Made by a program: the position numbers and the translations under genes
Source of the DNA: Candidatus Heimdallarchaeota archaeon
GTDB lineage: Archaea; Asgardarchaeota; Heimdallarchaeia; JABLTI01
Length of the DNA stretch: 64,000 nt
NCBI GenBank assembly: GCA_019056785.1
Contig: DXJV01000068.1
Coordinates: 1-64,000, forward strand
Direction: 5' to 3'
The notes under the pieces: generated by a model
Told to the model about the DNA's origin: nothing
What the model saw: the letters and a program-made list of their open reading frames with translations, nothing else
The model's database searches: none
In this document: positions 10,722 through 20,697 of the stretch, piece after piece
How positions within the stretch are numbered: the first letter of the stretch is position 1
Layout of the letters: each line of letters begins with the position of its first letter

Positions 10722-12917
10722 ATGAAGTATTTCAACTCGAAAAAAATCACTCGTTTACCATTTCTTGGTGCGATAATTTTTATCGCTTTGTTTCTTATGC
10801 TTACAATTTTTTACCCACAACAAACCCAATTGAACAATGTTACCGCCGCAAATAAGAATCCGTCAGTTATCTCCGAAAGTGAAGTTAGTGCTAGAGAGGA
10901 TCTTTTTGGGGGAGAAACCTCTTTAGCACAAAACTTCACGAAAGCAAAAGAATTTCTGTTCTTGGATGAGAGTTATTTATATGCCCTTAAAAGTGATGTT
11001 ATTGAAATCTATGACATTAGTGATTATACTTCACCCACTCTTATAGGTACGTTTACTCTTTCAGGAAGTACATTACAAAAAATTCTTGTCATTGAGGACC
11101 TCTTATTTATTACTTCTAGTGAACCGGATAACGAGACTGCTCAAACACACTATTATCTTTATATTCTCAATTGCTCTAACCCTGAAAATCTTTCAGTAGC
11201 TGCTCGCTATGAGCAACCTAATAAGATCCTCACATTTGGGTTCTATAGGGGGCATCTTTTATTGATCTCTGATAGCTTGCATATTTACAACTTGACCTCC
11301 CCTACAACACTATCTTGGTTCTGGTCCGCCTATGCAAATAATACCTGGCGACCGGTTGATTTTGCCATTGTGAATTCCACCCTCTTTGTTGTCAGTAATT
11401 ATTATCTCTCCTCTTATGCCCTTGGTAATTTCTCAGTAACTCCCGAAGCACTTTACAATTATACCGCAGATCAGTCTCTTGATTGGTTTATATATTCGTA
11501 TGATTATTCTCTGATGGTGATAAATGAAACCCTTGCCTTCGTCTTTGCGCACTCTGAGAATAATGCTTTTTATGTTTTTAATATCTCTAACCCTCTTAAC
11601 GTCTCTCGTTTAAGCAGCGGTTCGCTCGGGATTTCTACTGTCTTCGGGCTCTTGCAGTATACCTCCGGCTATCTTTATCTTTCCAATTCTGAAACCCTTT
11701 ATATCTTCAAGTTTGAATCTTTTCATTCTTTGACTCTCATTTCCAGCTATCAGGATATTTTAAATGAAAGATTTACTAAAAAATACAGTTTTAAGATTAA
11801 TACTCTTTACAACTTTGTCGATATTGCCTTCAAGGATTCCACGCTCTTTCTCTGGCGATTTGTCTATACGCCGGAGACCTATCTCTTATATGTCTTAGAT
11901 GTTAGTAATGTTGTTGAACCTGTTCTTCTCTATCGCGCTCCATTTACTCCAATTTCAAGTTGGATTTCATGGCTAAATCTTGCCGTTTTACTAATAATCC
12001 CCTCATTTGGATTGGCTCTATTGATAATTGAAACACGAAAAACCGTCAAACGGGAAAGGTCGAAACCAATTTCTTCGTCAATTGAGAGAGAGGTTTCTCA
12101 AGATAAACCTGCCGCTCGGGAAAACGCTCCACTTAGCTCACGAATTCCCACAAAGATCCTCGCCAGTGGCTATCTACTTTTCGTCGTGCAAAACAGCTTA
12201 CTCTTGCTGTTCTTTATAATCACTTCGCTCCTTTCATCCCTTAATTCGAATGATAAATTCACTACTACTTACTCGGCTTACTTCCTTATTTTCCTGAGTG
12301 TGCCACTTTATCTTGACTTAGTAGCTGGAGGGTTGCTCGCAGCAGGGTTTGCTTGGGATGCCATTAGTAACAAATCAAAATCCGCCACCTTTTCAGCTGT
12401 TTTGTGGCTCTGCTGGGTAATAGCAACCCTCCTGTATCGCCTCTATTGGGGGTTGCCCGACTACTCAGAACTAACAACACTATTTTACGGCACGCATATC
12501 TTCCAAAAAATTGCGCCATGGTTAAGGCACTGGGAGCTTAATGCATTACTTTATGGCATCAACTTAGTGCTCTTTTCTTTATCGCTTTTCTTCACGGAAA
12601 GAGCCTTCTTGAAACAAGCGGAAAATTCTACGAAAAACCTTCATTTACTTTATGTCTTTGGTAATTGGGCTGCCGGCGTGGGCGTGCTCTTTGCTTTAAA
12701 AAACCTTGTTTATACTGTTCTCATCCAACACGGTTTGATTTTTAGTGATGGCGATTTAATTTATAGCATAATCTTATACTTTGCATTAATCGCAAAAATC
12801 ATTCTGCTAACCATTATTGCTATTGGTTTCTTCTTAAAATTGTATCGTGCGAAGATGGTCGATTTAAAACAAGGGAAAACCAAAGGTGAACCAATAAATG
12901 CCCAGACGAACATCTGA
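10722..12917 (+). CDS. Membrane protein with extracellular LVIVD-like beta-propeller and ~7 C-terminal TM helices
   Basis: Repeats IEIYDISDYTSP, LYILNCSNPENL, LHIYNLTSPTT, FYVFNISNPLN, LYVLDVSNVVEP; SD-like AGGTGA upstream; hydrophobic C-terminal part. Confidence 0.7.
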   Translation: MKYFNSKKITRLPFLGAIIFIALFLMLTIFYPQQTQLNNVTAANKNPSVISESEVSAREDLFGGETSLAQNFTKAKEFLFLDESYLYALKSDVIEIYDISDYTSPTLIGTFTLSGSTLQKILVIEDLLFITSSEPDNETAQTHYYLYILNCSNPENLSVAARYEQPNKILTFGFYRGHLLLISDSLHIYNLTSPTTLSWFWSAYANNTWRPVDFAIVNSTLFVVSNYYLSSYALGNFSVTPEALYNYTADQSLDWFIYSYDYSLMVINETLAFVFAHSENNAFYVFNISNPLNVSRLSSGSLGISTVFGLLQYTSGYLYLSNSETLYIFKFESFHSLTLISSYQDILNERFTKKYSFKINTLYNFVDIAFKDSTLFLWRFVYTPETYLLYVLDVSNVVEPVLLYRAPFTPISSWISWLNLAVLLIIPSFGLALLIIETRKTVKRERSKPISSSIEREVSQDKPAARENAPLSSRIPTKILASGYLLFVVQNSLLLLFFIITSLLSSLNSNDKFTTTYSAYFLIFLSVPLYLDLVAGGLLAAGFAWDAISNKSKSATFSAVLWLCWVIATLLYRLYWGLPDYSELTTLFYGTHIFQKIAPWLRHWELNALLYGINLVLFSLSLFFTERAFLKQAENSTKNLHLLYVFGNWAAGVGVLFALKNLVYTVLIQHGLIFSDGDLIYSIILYFALIAKIILLTIIAIGFFLKLYRAKMVDLKQGKTKGEPINAQTNI

Positions 12918-13057
12918 ATCCAATTGATTTAAAATGAGTGAAAAGCGACCCGCATTGTTTTTCCCCTTCTTTTTTTCTTTGATGGAAAAGAATTTATGGA
13001 AGAAAAGCCCTCTTTTTGCCATTATCTTAAATTTCAGTTAAAAGCTTCAGGAAGTGT

Positions 13058-13627
13058 TTGTGTAAATTGACGCAACAACTACCAATATTAAATCAGCGGA
13101 GTTTCTGGCTTTGGTTATTGCTTTCTATTATAACCTTCGGCATTGGAGGACTCATTTATCTCTATCTTAATTTAGATGACCTTAACCGGTTAGATAAATA
13201 CCCCCGGCCAGCAAATGTCCCCTCAACTAAGAATGAGACTGTTATCCTCATTCTTTTAGCTCTTTGTCTACCACCCATTGGCTTGTTCGTTGCCATGTAT
13301 GTTAAATTCCATAAACTACAGCGCTACCTGGCAGCGCATCCTGTTCGTGGCTCTCAGCAAGTGGCAAGCGGTGGAAAAGTACTTACAATCATGTTATTTA
13401 GTGCTTTTATGAGTGTTGCTTCATCGCTTGTTTATCGCATTAAGATGTACTTTTTCCCGGGGCCAATTGGCCCTGTTGTGTACGTGACAACCGCACTAAT
13501 TGGCATTGTAGGATTGATCCTTGCAATTGTCTTATTGGTATACAATTATCACTGGCAAGAAGCGTATAATGAACGCGTACGACTACTAACAGAGAACAAC
13601 ACCCCCAACGACCTCCCCCTTCGTTGA
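13058..13627 (+). CDS. Hypothetical membrane protein (DUF4234-like)
   Basis: LLLSIITFGIGGLIY motif and ~4 TM segments; start uncertain. Confidence 0.55.
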   Translation: MCKLTQQLPILNQRSFWLWLLLSIITFGIGGLIYLYLNLDDLNRLDKYPRPANVPSTKNETVILILLALCLPPIGLFVAMYVKFHKLQRYLAAHPVRGSQQVASGGKVLTIMLFSAFMSVASSLVYRIKMYFFPGPIGPVVYVTTALIGIVGLILAIVLLVYNYHWQEAYNERVRLLTENNTPNDLPLR

Positions 13628-13875
13628 TTTTTCTCTCTTTTCTTTCTTTTTTAACCTTGAACTCTTCTTCTATTCAAACAACCAATTTCAATTTAAGAAT
13701 AAAATTAAAAAGCCAAGAGCTTTTTCTTAACACTCAAAGACATCCGATATTTTTCACCGACGGCGCTCTCAGCTTCTTGAATCATATCAGTTGCTGAGGC
13801 TTTGACGGTTGAAAAATAGTTTATGAGTTTAAACTCGAATTGAAGAAGAAAAAACACTTAGAGTGTGAAAAACCA

Positions 13876-14439
13876 TTGGCAGAAATTACTGACATTCGAT
13901 TTCATGGACGTGGTGGGCAGGGTGTTGTCACCGCTTCTCGTATTGCTGCAGAAGCGGCATTAATGGAAGACAAATATGTCCACGCATTTCCAGCTTTTGG
14001 TCCAGAACGAGCCGGTGCCCCCATTGAAGGGTTCACACGAATTTCCTCAGAAGCTTTTACCATTAAAACGGAGATTCATTATCCCGATATTATCGTTATT
14101 CTTGACCCCACATTGATTGGCACTGTCGACCTTGGCAAAGGCTTGAAAGATGGCGGAATTGTTATTGCAAACTTCGCCGGTTCTATGGACGAGTTAAAGA
14201 GCAAGATTGGTATCGCGAAAAAAGTTTCTTTTTACAAAGTTGATGCGACCAAGATTGCTACCGAAGAGTTAGGCCGACCAATTACGAACACTGTCATGCT
14301 TGGCGCTCTGGTCAAAGTCACAGCTATTGTTGAGCTGGACAATATTTGCAAAGCGACTGCAGAACGGTTTCCGGGAGTGGTTGGTGAGAAAAATGTGAAA
14401 GCCATCAAACGCGCGTACGAGGAGGTTATGAGTGAATAA
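13876..14439 (+). CDS. porG: Pyruvate/2-oxoacid:ferredoxin oxidoreductase gamma subunit
   Basis: IRFHGRGGQGVVTA, AFPAFGPERAGAP, RPITNTVMLGAL; TTG start at 13876 preferred over 13840. Confidence 0.93.
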   Translation: MAEITDIRFHGRGGQGVVTASRIAAEAALMEDKYVHAFPAFGPERAGAPIEGFTRISSEAFTIKTEIHYPDIIVILDPTLIGTVDLGKGLKDGGIVIANFAGSMDELKSKIGIAKKVSFYKVDATKIATEELGRPITNTVMLGALVKVTAIVELDNICKATAERFPGVVGEKNVKAIKRAYEEVMSE

Positions 14440-14765
14440 TGGCGAAAAATACCCTCTCTGATAAAGAAATGAAAGAATGGATAGAGAAGAAATGGGGCTA
14501 TGAAAAGCTCCCCATGGGTGGCTCTGTTCCTTTTGCCGGCTCATCTAAATATTTTAAGACCGGCGATTGGAGTGCGTTCAAAGCGGTTGTCGACCGTGAA
14601 AAATGCACTCGCTGCACCACCTGCTTTTTCCTCTGTCCGGACTCGGCAATAACCATGGATAAGGATGACTATCCCGTCATGAATTTTGATTATTGCAAGG
14701 GTTGTGGCATCTGTGCTGAGGAATGCCCGGCTGATGCCATTGAAATGAAGGATATGACCAAGTAG
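14439..14765 (+). CDS. porD: Pyruvate/2-oxoacid:ferredoxin oxidoreductase delta subunit (2[4Fe-4S])
   Basis: KTGDW, CTRCTTCFFLCPD and YCKGCGICAEECP. Confidence 0.95.
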   Translation: MAKNTLSDKEMKEWIEKKWGYEKLPMGGSVPFAGSSKYFKTGDWSAFKAVVDREKCTRCTTCFFLCPDSAITMDKDDYPVMNFDYCKGCGICAEECPADAIEMKDMTK

Positions 14766-14775
14766 GTGATGATGA

Positions 14776-15972
14776 ATGACAAAAGCTGTTACTTCTAAAG
14801 CAAAAAGAATTGGTATGACCGGCGACGAAGCTGTTGCAAATGCTGCTGCTGTGATTAATCCCGATGTTGTTGCTGCTTATCCCATTACCCCTCAAACCAT
14901 TATTGTCGAACATTTCAGTGAGTTTGTGAATAATGGTGAGGTAGACACGGAGTTTGTTTGTGTGGAATCTGAACACAGCGCAATGAGTGCGTGTGTTGGT
15001 GCCAGTGTCACCGGCGCAAGAGTGTTCACCGCTTCTGCAAGTCAAGGAGTGGCGCTCATGTATGAGATCCTCTTCATTGCTGCTGCTTCTCGCTTACCTA
15101 TCGTCATGGCGGTTGCTAACCGCGCCCTCAGTGGCCCGATTAATATTCACGGCGAATTGACTGACCAGACCGTCTGTCGCGACACAGGCTGGATTTCCAT
15201 GTTTTCCGAGTCGGCTCAAGAAGCCTATGACAATACCTTCTTGGCCTTCAAGATCGGTGAGCATCCTGATGTTTCCCTTCCTGTGATGTTTGGCCTTGAT
15301 GGGTTTATCCTCACCCATGCCTTAGAGGGTGTTAGCCCTCTTGATAGAAAATTCGTCAAGGACTTCTTGCCGGAACGACAGATGAAATACCCCACTATAC
15401 CAGGAAACCCTGTCTCTAGTGGTTTATTGGCTCTTCCTGATTATTACATGGAAGTCAAATATCAACAAGAACTTGCTATGGAAGCAGCCCGGAAGGTCAT
15501 TCCCAAAGCCTTTGAAGAATTTGGCGAAAAGACCGGCCGCTATTATGGGATGATCGAAGAATATCAGATGGAAGATGCAAAGACCGCACTCGTTACGATG
15601 GGCGCTCTTTCCGGAACGACAAAGTTTGTTGTAGACAAGCTTCGCAAGAACGGCGAAAAAGTTGGTATGATTAAAGTGAAGACCTATCGTCCCTTCCCGG
15701 GGACCGAACTTGCAAAAGCACTCAAAGATGTGGAAGCTGTTGGAGTCATTGACCGTGACTTGACATTCGGTGCTCCAGGACCAGCTCTTTATTCAGACCT
15801 TAAAACCACACTCTATAACTACAAGAACCGTCCCCAGATTTTTGGTTTCATTGCCGGCATTGGTGGTAGAGATGTTCTCGTCGAAGACTTCGAGCACATC
15901 TACAAGCAAGTTCTCAACCTTAAAGGCACAGAAAAGCCTGTCCCCATTGAGTGGGTTGGTTTGAGAAAGTAA
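14776..15972 (+). CDS. porA: Pyruvate/2-oxoacid:ferredoxin oxidoreductase alpha subunit
   Basis: AAYPITPQT, VESEHSAMS, FTASASQG, NRALSGPINIH, GIGGRD. Confidence 0.95.
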   Translation: MTKAVTSKAKRIGMTGDEAVANAAAVINPDVVAAYPITPQTIIVEHFSEFVNNGEVDTEFVCVESEHSAMSACVGASVTGARVFTASASQGVALMYEILFIAAASRLPIVMAVANRALSGPINIHGELTDQTVCRDTGWISMFSESAQEAYDNTFLAFKIGEHPDVSLPVMFGLDGFILTHALEGVSPLDRKFVKDFLPERQMKYPTIPGNPVSSGLLALPDYYMEVKYQQELAMEAARKVIPKAFEEFGEKTGRYYGMIEEYQMEDAKTALVTMGALSGTTKFVVDKLRKNGEKVGMIKVKTYRPFPGTELAKALKDVEAVGVIDRDLTFGAPGPALYSDLKTTLYNYKNRPQIFGFIAGIGGRDVLVEDFEHIYKQVLNLKGTEKPVPIEWVGLRK

Positions 15973-15988
15973 TAGGAGGAATAAACAA

Positions 15989-16972
15989 ATGGTTACTAAA
16001 GAAGAATTAAAGAAAGTAAAGATCCCCAAGGCAAAAGAGCTCATTCACACCGAGAATCGTCTTGCTCCTGGCCACCGGCTTTGTGCAGGCTGTACTGCCG
16101 GAACCATCGCTAGACTTGCCACCCTCGTAACTGACCCAAATGACGTGGTTATCTTTCATGCCACAGGCTGTTTGGAAGTTGCTACAACTATTTATCCCTA
16201 CACTGCTTGGAAGCTTCCCTGGTATCATAATGCCTTCGAGAATGCAGCAGCAACTGCAAGTGGAGCAGAAGCAGCATTTCGGGCCATGGTGCGAAAAGGC
16301 AAGCTGAAGAAAATACCTGATATTATCGCTTTTGGTGGCGATGGCGGAACCTATGACATCGGGCTTCAATCTTTAAGCGGCGCTATGGAACGAGGGCATG
16401 ATTTTGTCTATATTTGCTATACAAATGGCGCGTACATGAACACCGGCATTCAACGCTCCGGTGGAACACCTATGTATGCTGCGACCACCACCTCACCGGC
16501 CGGAAGTGTTATCCCCGGCAAAATCCAATGGCGAAAAGACCTTGTAGCCATTGCAGCAGCACATAAGATACCGTATATTGCAACCGCCTCTCCTGCAGCG
16601 CATCGTGACCTTATGACAAAAGTTCGCCGAGCCCTTGATGCTGATGGCCCTGCTTTCATCTTAGTGGATATGCCCTGCCCCCGAGGCTGGCGCTTCCCGG
16701 AGAAGGACTCTGTGAAAGTGGCGCAATTAGCAATAGATACATGTTACTTCCCGCTTTATGAGATCTATGACGGAAAGGAATATGTACTCAGTCCGAAAAG
16801 CAAAGCCATTGCAAACAAACCTGAGCGCAAGAAACCCATCGAAGAATATCTCGCAGCACAAGGACGTTTTAAACATCTGTTCAAGCCTGAAAAACGGACA
16901 GATTTAATCGCAAAATTCCAAGAAGCTCTTAATAAAGAATGGGAATACTTGCTCAAGTTAGTGAACCTTTAA
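15989..16972 (+). CDS. porB: Pyruvate/2-oxoacid:ferredoxin oxidoreductase beta subunit (TPP-binding)
   Basis: GHRLCAGC, ATGCLEV, GGDGGTYDIG, YMNTGIQRS, PCPRGW; SD AGGAGG upstream. Confidence 0.95.
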   Translation: MVTKEELKKVKIPKAKELIHTENRLAPGHRLCAGCTAGTIARLATLVTDPNDVVIFHATGCLEVATTIYPYTAWKLPWYHNAFENAAATASGAEAAFRAMVRKGKLKKIPDIIAFGGDGGTYDIGLQSLSGAMERGHDFVYICYTNGAYMNTGIQRSGGTPMYAATTTSPAGSVIPGKIQWRKDLVAIAAAHKIPYIATASPAAHRDLMTKVRRALDADGPAFILVDMPCPRGWRFPEKDSVKVAQLAIDTCYFPLYEIYDGKEYVLSPKSKAIANKPERKKPIEEYLAAQGRFKHLFKPEKRTDLIAKFQEALNKEWEYLLKLVNL

Positions 16973-16982
16973 AGTAATTGAT

Positions 16983-17045
16983 AACAGAACCAACCATTCT
17001 CTTGAAGAGAATGCGTTGCTGTTCCTTTTTTTCCTCTCTTTCTGA
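16983..17045 (+). terminator. Hairpin plus T-rich tract after the por operon
   Basis: CATTCTCTT-G-AAGAGAATG inverted repeat, extendable by CAAC/GTTG and AACAG/CTGTT, followed by CCTTTTTTTCCTCTCTTTCT. Confidence 0.55.
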
Positions 17046-17306
17046 TCATTTAGTCCTTTTTAAAGAAAAATTGCCGCTAATCACTGTGAGAAACATCATT
17101 TCTCCACACGGAGGTTAAAAACAAAAATGAAAAAATTAATGATGAACAGTCGAATGAAACTCTTCCTCCTCTTCGGGGTAGTAGTTTTGCTTTGGGTTGC
17201 TATAACATTAACAATAGGCCCTCCAGACGAAGCGCCGCCATTTATCACTCCAGGACCTTAAATCACACACAAGAAACTTTTGTTAAACCTAAACTACAAA
17301 TGAACT

Positions 17307-17915
17307 TTAAGGTGCTTCCTTTTCCTCTTTTTTCTTTTGTTTCTCTAATTCTCTTCGTCGAATGGTTTCATCCGCTTCTTGAACCATCATTGTAATTAAT
17401 TCTCGAAAAACCTTCTTGATAGTTTCACCTGTTTTTGCCGAAGTTTCCAAGTAAGGGATTTTCACTCCGAGTTCTTTTGTTTTCTTTTTCGCGTAGGCCT
17501 TTCCTTCTTCGGTTTTAATAGCCCGTTGTTCCTCGAGGTCAATTTTATTTCCAACGATAATTAGTGGGATCTTTTTACAATTAGCGACGATCTCAGTGAA
17601 CCATTTATCTAAATGTTCGAACGATTCTCGATTGGTAACATCGAAAACGACCAATCCACCCAGCGCTCCCCGATAATATAATGGCCGGATGCGTGAGAAT
17701 TTCTCTTGCCCCCCTGTATCCCAAATCTGACATTTAATTCGCTTGTCCTTTACCACCTCATGTTTAATGGTAAAGTCAACACCGATGGTCATCTTGTAGT
17801 TTTCTTGGAATTTGTCCTCTGCATAGCGATATGTTATGGCTGTTTTCCCTACCGCACCGTCACCAATGACTATAGTTTTGAACATATAATCAAATGAGGT
17901 TTTTACATCGGTCAT
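17307..17915 (-). CDS. Rab-like small GTPase (Ras superfamily)
   Basis: G1 GDGAVGKT, G2 YKMTIGVDF, G3 WDTGGQE, G4 NKID, G5 ETSAK; RabF-like motifs IGVDF, KCQIW, YYRGA, VVFDVT. ATG at 17915 is the likely start. Confidence 0.93.
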   Translation of the reverse strand: MTDVKTSFDYMFKTIVIGDGAVGKTAITYRYAEDKFQENYKMTIGVDFTIKHEVVKDKRIKCQIWDTGGQEKFSRIRPLYYRGALGGLVVFDVTNRESFEHLDKWFTEIVANCKKIPLIIVGNKIDLEEQRAIKTEEGKAYAKKKTKELGVKIPYLETSAKTGETIKKVFRELITMMVQEADETIRRRELEKQKKKEEKEAP

Positions 17916-18127
17916 TTTGTTTCCCCACGGAAATTTCAAATGACACTTGGTGGCTTCTTTCTGTGCGTGTTTCATTGATTGCTCACCTCTATAAAAAAAC
18001 CTTTGCTTTGAGGACATTTTGGAAAAAGTTTTCTAAGAGCTAAACTTATTTTGTAGTAATGGTATTAACTCATACCAAATAGATTCCCTCTTTCACAATT
18101 AAGAACCAGGAGCCGTTTCATAACAAA

Positions 18128-19042
18128 ATGAGTGGCAAGTATCCTTCTATAGACTCAGGATTATTCAGTTCTCCAGGAGATATCATTCTCCTTCCTTTAA
18201 TGGGCTATCCTGCTGAACGTGATGCTATTTTTCTTGCATTAGTTACTGCTGACTGTTTTGGAGCAAACCTAAAAGTGTTACATTTTGTAAACAAATCATC
18301 TAGAACCGAGAATTACTTTTTCAAGAAACAGCTTGTATGGTTAAACGAGGAAGCAAAGAAACTGCAGGTTCCAGTAGAAACGATCATTAAAGAACTCCCA
18401 CGTAATGTCCCCTTGAAACATGCCATTGTTGATGAAATAAAAGCCCTTGCACCAAAATTGACTGTGATGATGAGTCGGCGGAAAGGTCTTCTTCAGCGCT
18501 TTACCGGGAGTATTGCGGAGCATGTTGCTCGTGCGAGCCCCTATTCTGTAATGATTATTCGTTCGCCTGTGAGAGATTGGGTGACCTATAGTTCTCGCTT
18601 TTCACCTCGCAAGATTGTAGTCCCAATGGGTAGACCCGACCCTTATGAATTGTCAGCAGTACAAATTGCTATTGCTCTTGCAAAAGTGACAGAAGCACCG
18701 CATGCAGAAATCACACTCCTGCACGTTATTGTTGTTCCTGAAACTGTTCCAATTCTCTCCGATGACAATCAGTTAATTATATCAGAGGAAAAGGAATTTA
18801 TCAAACTCGCCGGCCAATATAGTATTCATCTGCTTTATCCCATGAATACTAAAGTCATTGTTGGGCGCGATGTTGGGCGTTCTGTAAGCCAATATATTAA
18901 TAAAGAACATGCTGATATTGTAATTATGGGTGTTTCCTATGTCCCAAGACGCTTTTTCGGATTGTTTGGAACGGATACAAATACAATATATAATAAAAGT
19001 AAATCTCCCGTCGCAGTTATTTTTCATAAAGACATTTGTTAG
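18128..19042 (+). CDS. Tandem universal stress protein (Usp) domain protein
   Basis: Two Usp folds: ILLPLMG...LKVLHFV...FTGSIAEHVARASPYSVMIIR and KIVVPMG...ITLLHVI...ADIVIMG...LFGTDT...SPVAVI. Confidence 0.85.
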   Translation: MSGKYPSIDSGLFSSPGDIILLPLMGYPAERDAIFLALVTADCFGANLKVLHFVNKSSRTENYFFKKQLVWLNEEAKKLQVPVETIIKELPRNVPLKHAIVDEIKALAPKLTVMMSRRKGLLQRFTGSIAEHVARASPYSVMIIRSPVRDWVTYSSRFSPRKIVVPMGRPDPYELSAVQIAIALAKVTEAPHAEITLLHVIVVPETVPILSDDNQLIISEEKEFIKLAGQYSIHLLYPMNTKVIVGRDVGRSVSQYINKEHADIVIMGVSYVPRRFFGLFGTDTNTIYNKSKSPVAVIFHKDIC

Positions 19043-19160
19043 ACCGTAGGTGGTGTAATTCTCTTTCTAAAATTAAAGGTATCTTTTTAAAAGTAGGTAT
19101 TTTTCTTTGATGAAATTATCGCCCCTACAAAAAAAAGCATGTTTTGGAGTTTGACAATAA

Positions 19161-20675
19161 ATGGATGATGCTACTCTAAAGAACGACAAGAAGGACGGCA
19201 CCTTAGCCCTCAAGGAAAAAAAGAGTCGTTCCAAGAATTCTTCTCAAAATGACGCAGGCATTAGCATCATCTCCGAAAGAGAATTGTCGCGAGAGTTGGG
19301 TTTTAAAGAAGCAGTAAGTATTGGATTAGGGGGGACCATTGGTGGCGGAGTTTTCAGTGTTCTGGGTATTGCCGCAAAACTTGCCGGTCCAGCGGCAATT
19401 CTCTCGTTTGTTTTTGGTGGGATAGTGGGGGTTCTTATTGGTTATTCGTTCTCTAAACTCTCTCTTAAATATCAGTCTGCTGGGGGTAGTTATACCTTTG
19501 CTCGTGAGGCTTTTGGTAGGACATTCAGCGGGGTTTTTGGTTGGTTCCTTTGGGTAGGCTATCTTGCATCATGTTCACTCTATGCCTATACTTTTGGCAT
19601 TTACTTTGCTCAAATGATCAACCTCCTCACTCCTGCCCATGATTTGAGTGATATTGGCCTTCTCCGTTTAGTCTTCTCTCTCTTCGCAACCTTGCTCATC
19701 ACCCTCTCAACTGTTATTAACCTTGTGGGTGTGAAAGAAACCGGCAAGTCACAAAATATCATCGTCTTGATTAAGGTCATTATTCTCGTTGCGTTTATTG
19801 CGATTACCTTTCCTGCTGCCGTAAAAAACGCCAAAACTAATCTCACGCCCTTTTTCATTGACTTAGAGGGGAACCCTTCCAGCAACATTCTTCTTGGTAT
19901 TATGTTGGCAGTTGTAGGAACGTCCATTCTTTTTGTTGCTTATGAAGGCATGGAGCTAATCCCAAATGCTACCGAGGAAATTCAGGAGCCGGAAAAGAAT
20001 GTCCCTCGCTCTATTTACACAACAATTATCACAGCATCGATAATCTACATCTTGGTCGCTTTTACTGCCCTTGGAGGAACGTCCTATACTGAATTTGCTG
20101 GTGACCCAGAAAAAGCCGAATATGCTTTAGCTTACGCTGCTCAGCCAGTCTTAGGAGCTGCGGGATTTATTATTATCACTATAGGCGCTCTGTTTTCAAC
20201 GGCAAGCGCATATAACGCATCACTGTATGGCTCCTCCCGGCTGACCTATGTTATGGCTCGAGAAAGCATCTTCCCCCACTTTTTCAAGAAAGTCTCAAAG
20301 AAGAGCCGTGTGCCTTTTGTTAGCATTCTCTTCATAAGTATAATTACTTTGGTTATGACCTTAAGTTTGGATTTGCAACAAATCGCCGAATTAGCAAGTT
20401 CTATCTTTTTATTACTGTTTGCAATTATTGCTCTGGCAAGTTTGGTTCTTAGGAAAAAGATAAATGCGCGATTTATTTGGCCGTTTCTGGGTTTTATCAC
20501 CTCGACCATTCTTTTTGGCATTTTCTTCAGCCGAATTATTACGGATCTCATTGCCGGTGATCCAAGTGCAAAAATAACAATTATTCTCTTTCCAATTTTG
20601 CTCATCTTAGTAACTATCGGGAGTTTAATAACTATGAAGGTACAAAAAAAGAGTGAATTAACTAGCAAAGAATAA
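19161..20675 (+). CDS. APC-family amino acid permease
   Basis: LSRELGFKEAVSIGLGGTIGGGVF, SAGGSYTF, FVAYEGMELI...EE..EPEKNVPRSI, SSRLTYVMARE; ~12 TM. Confidence 0.92.
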   Translation: MDDATLKNDKKDGTLALKEKKSRSKNSSQNDAGISIISERELSRELGFKEAVSIGLGGTIGGGVFSVLGIAAKLAGPAAILSFVFGGIVGVLIGYSFSKLSLKYQSAGGSYTFAREAFGRTFSGVFGWFLWVGYLASCSLYAYTFGIYFAQMINLLTPAHDLSDIGLLRLVFSLFATLLITLSTVINLVGVKETGKSQNIIVLIKVIILVAFIAITFPAAVKNAKTNLTPFFIDLEGNPSSNILLGIMLAVVGTSILFVAYEGMELIPNATEEIQEPEKNVPRSIYTTIITASIIYILVAFTALGGTSYTEFAGDPEKAEYALAYAAQPVLGAAGFIIITIGALFSTASAYNASLYGSSRLTYVMARESIFPHFFKKVSKKSRVPFVSILFISIITLVMTLSLDLQQIAELASSIFLLLFAIIALASLVLRKKINARFIWPFLGFITSTILFGIFFSRIITDLIAGDPSAKITIILFPILLILVTIGSLITMKVQKKSELTSKE

Positions 20676-20697
20676 GATCCCCTCTAGGTGCTTCTTT

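Noticed and set aside
16983-17045. Hairpin after porB as a SECIS element
   Set aside because: No in-frame UGA in the por genes, and a T-rich tract follows, so a terminator is the simpler reading.
17916-18017. N-terminal extension of the GTPase in the ORF track
   Set aside because: It covers the divergent intergenic region, and the ATG at 17915 gives a normal Rab-like N-terminus.
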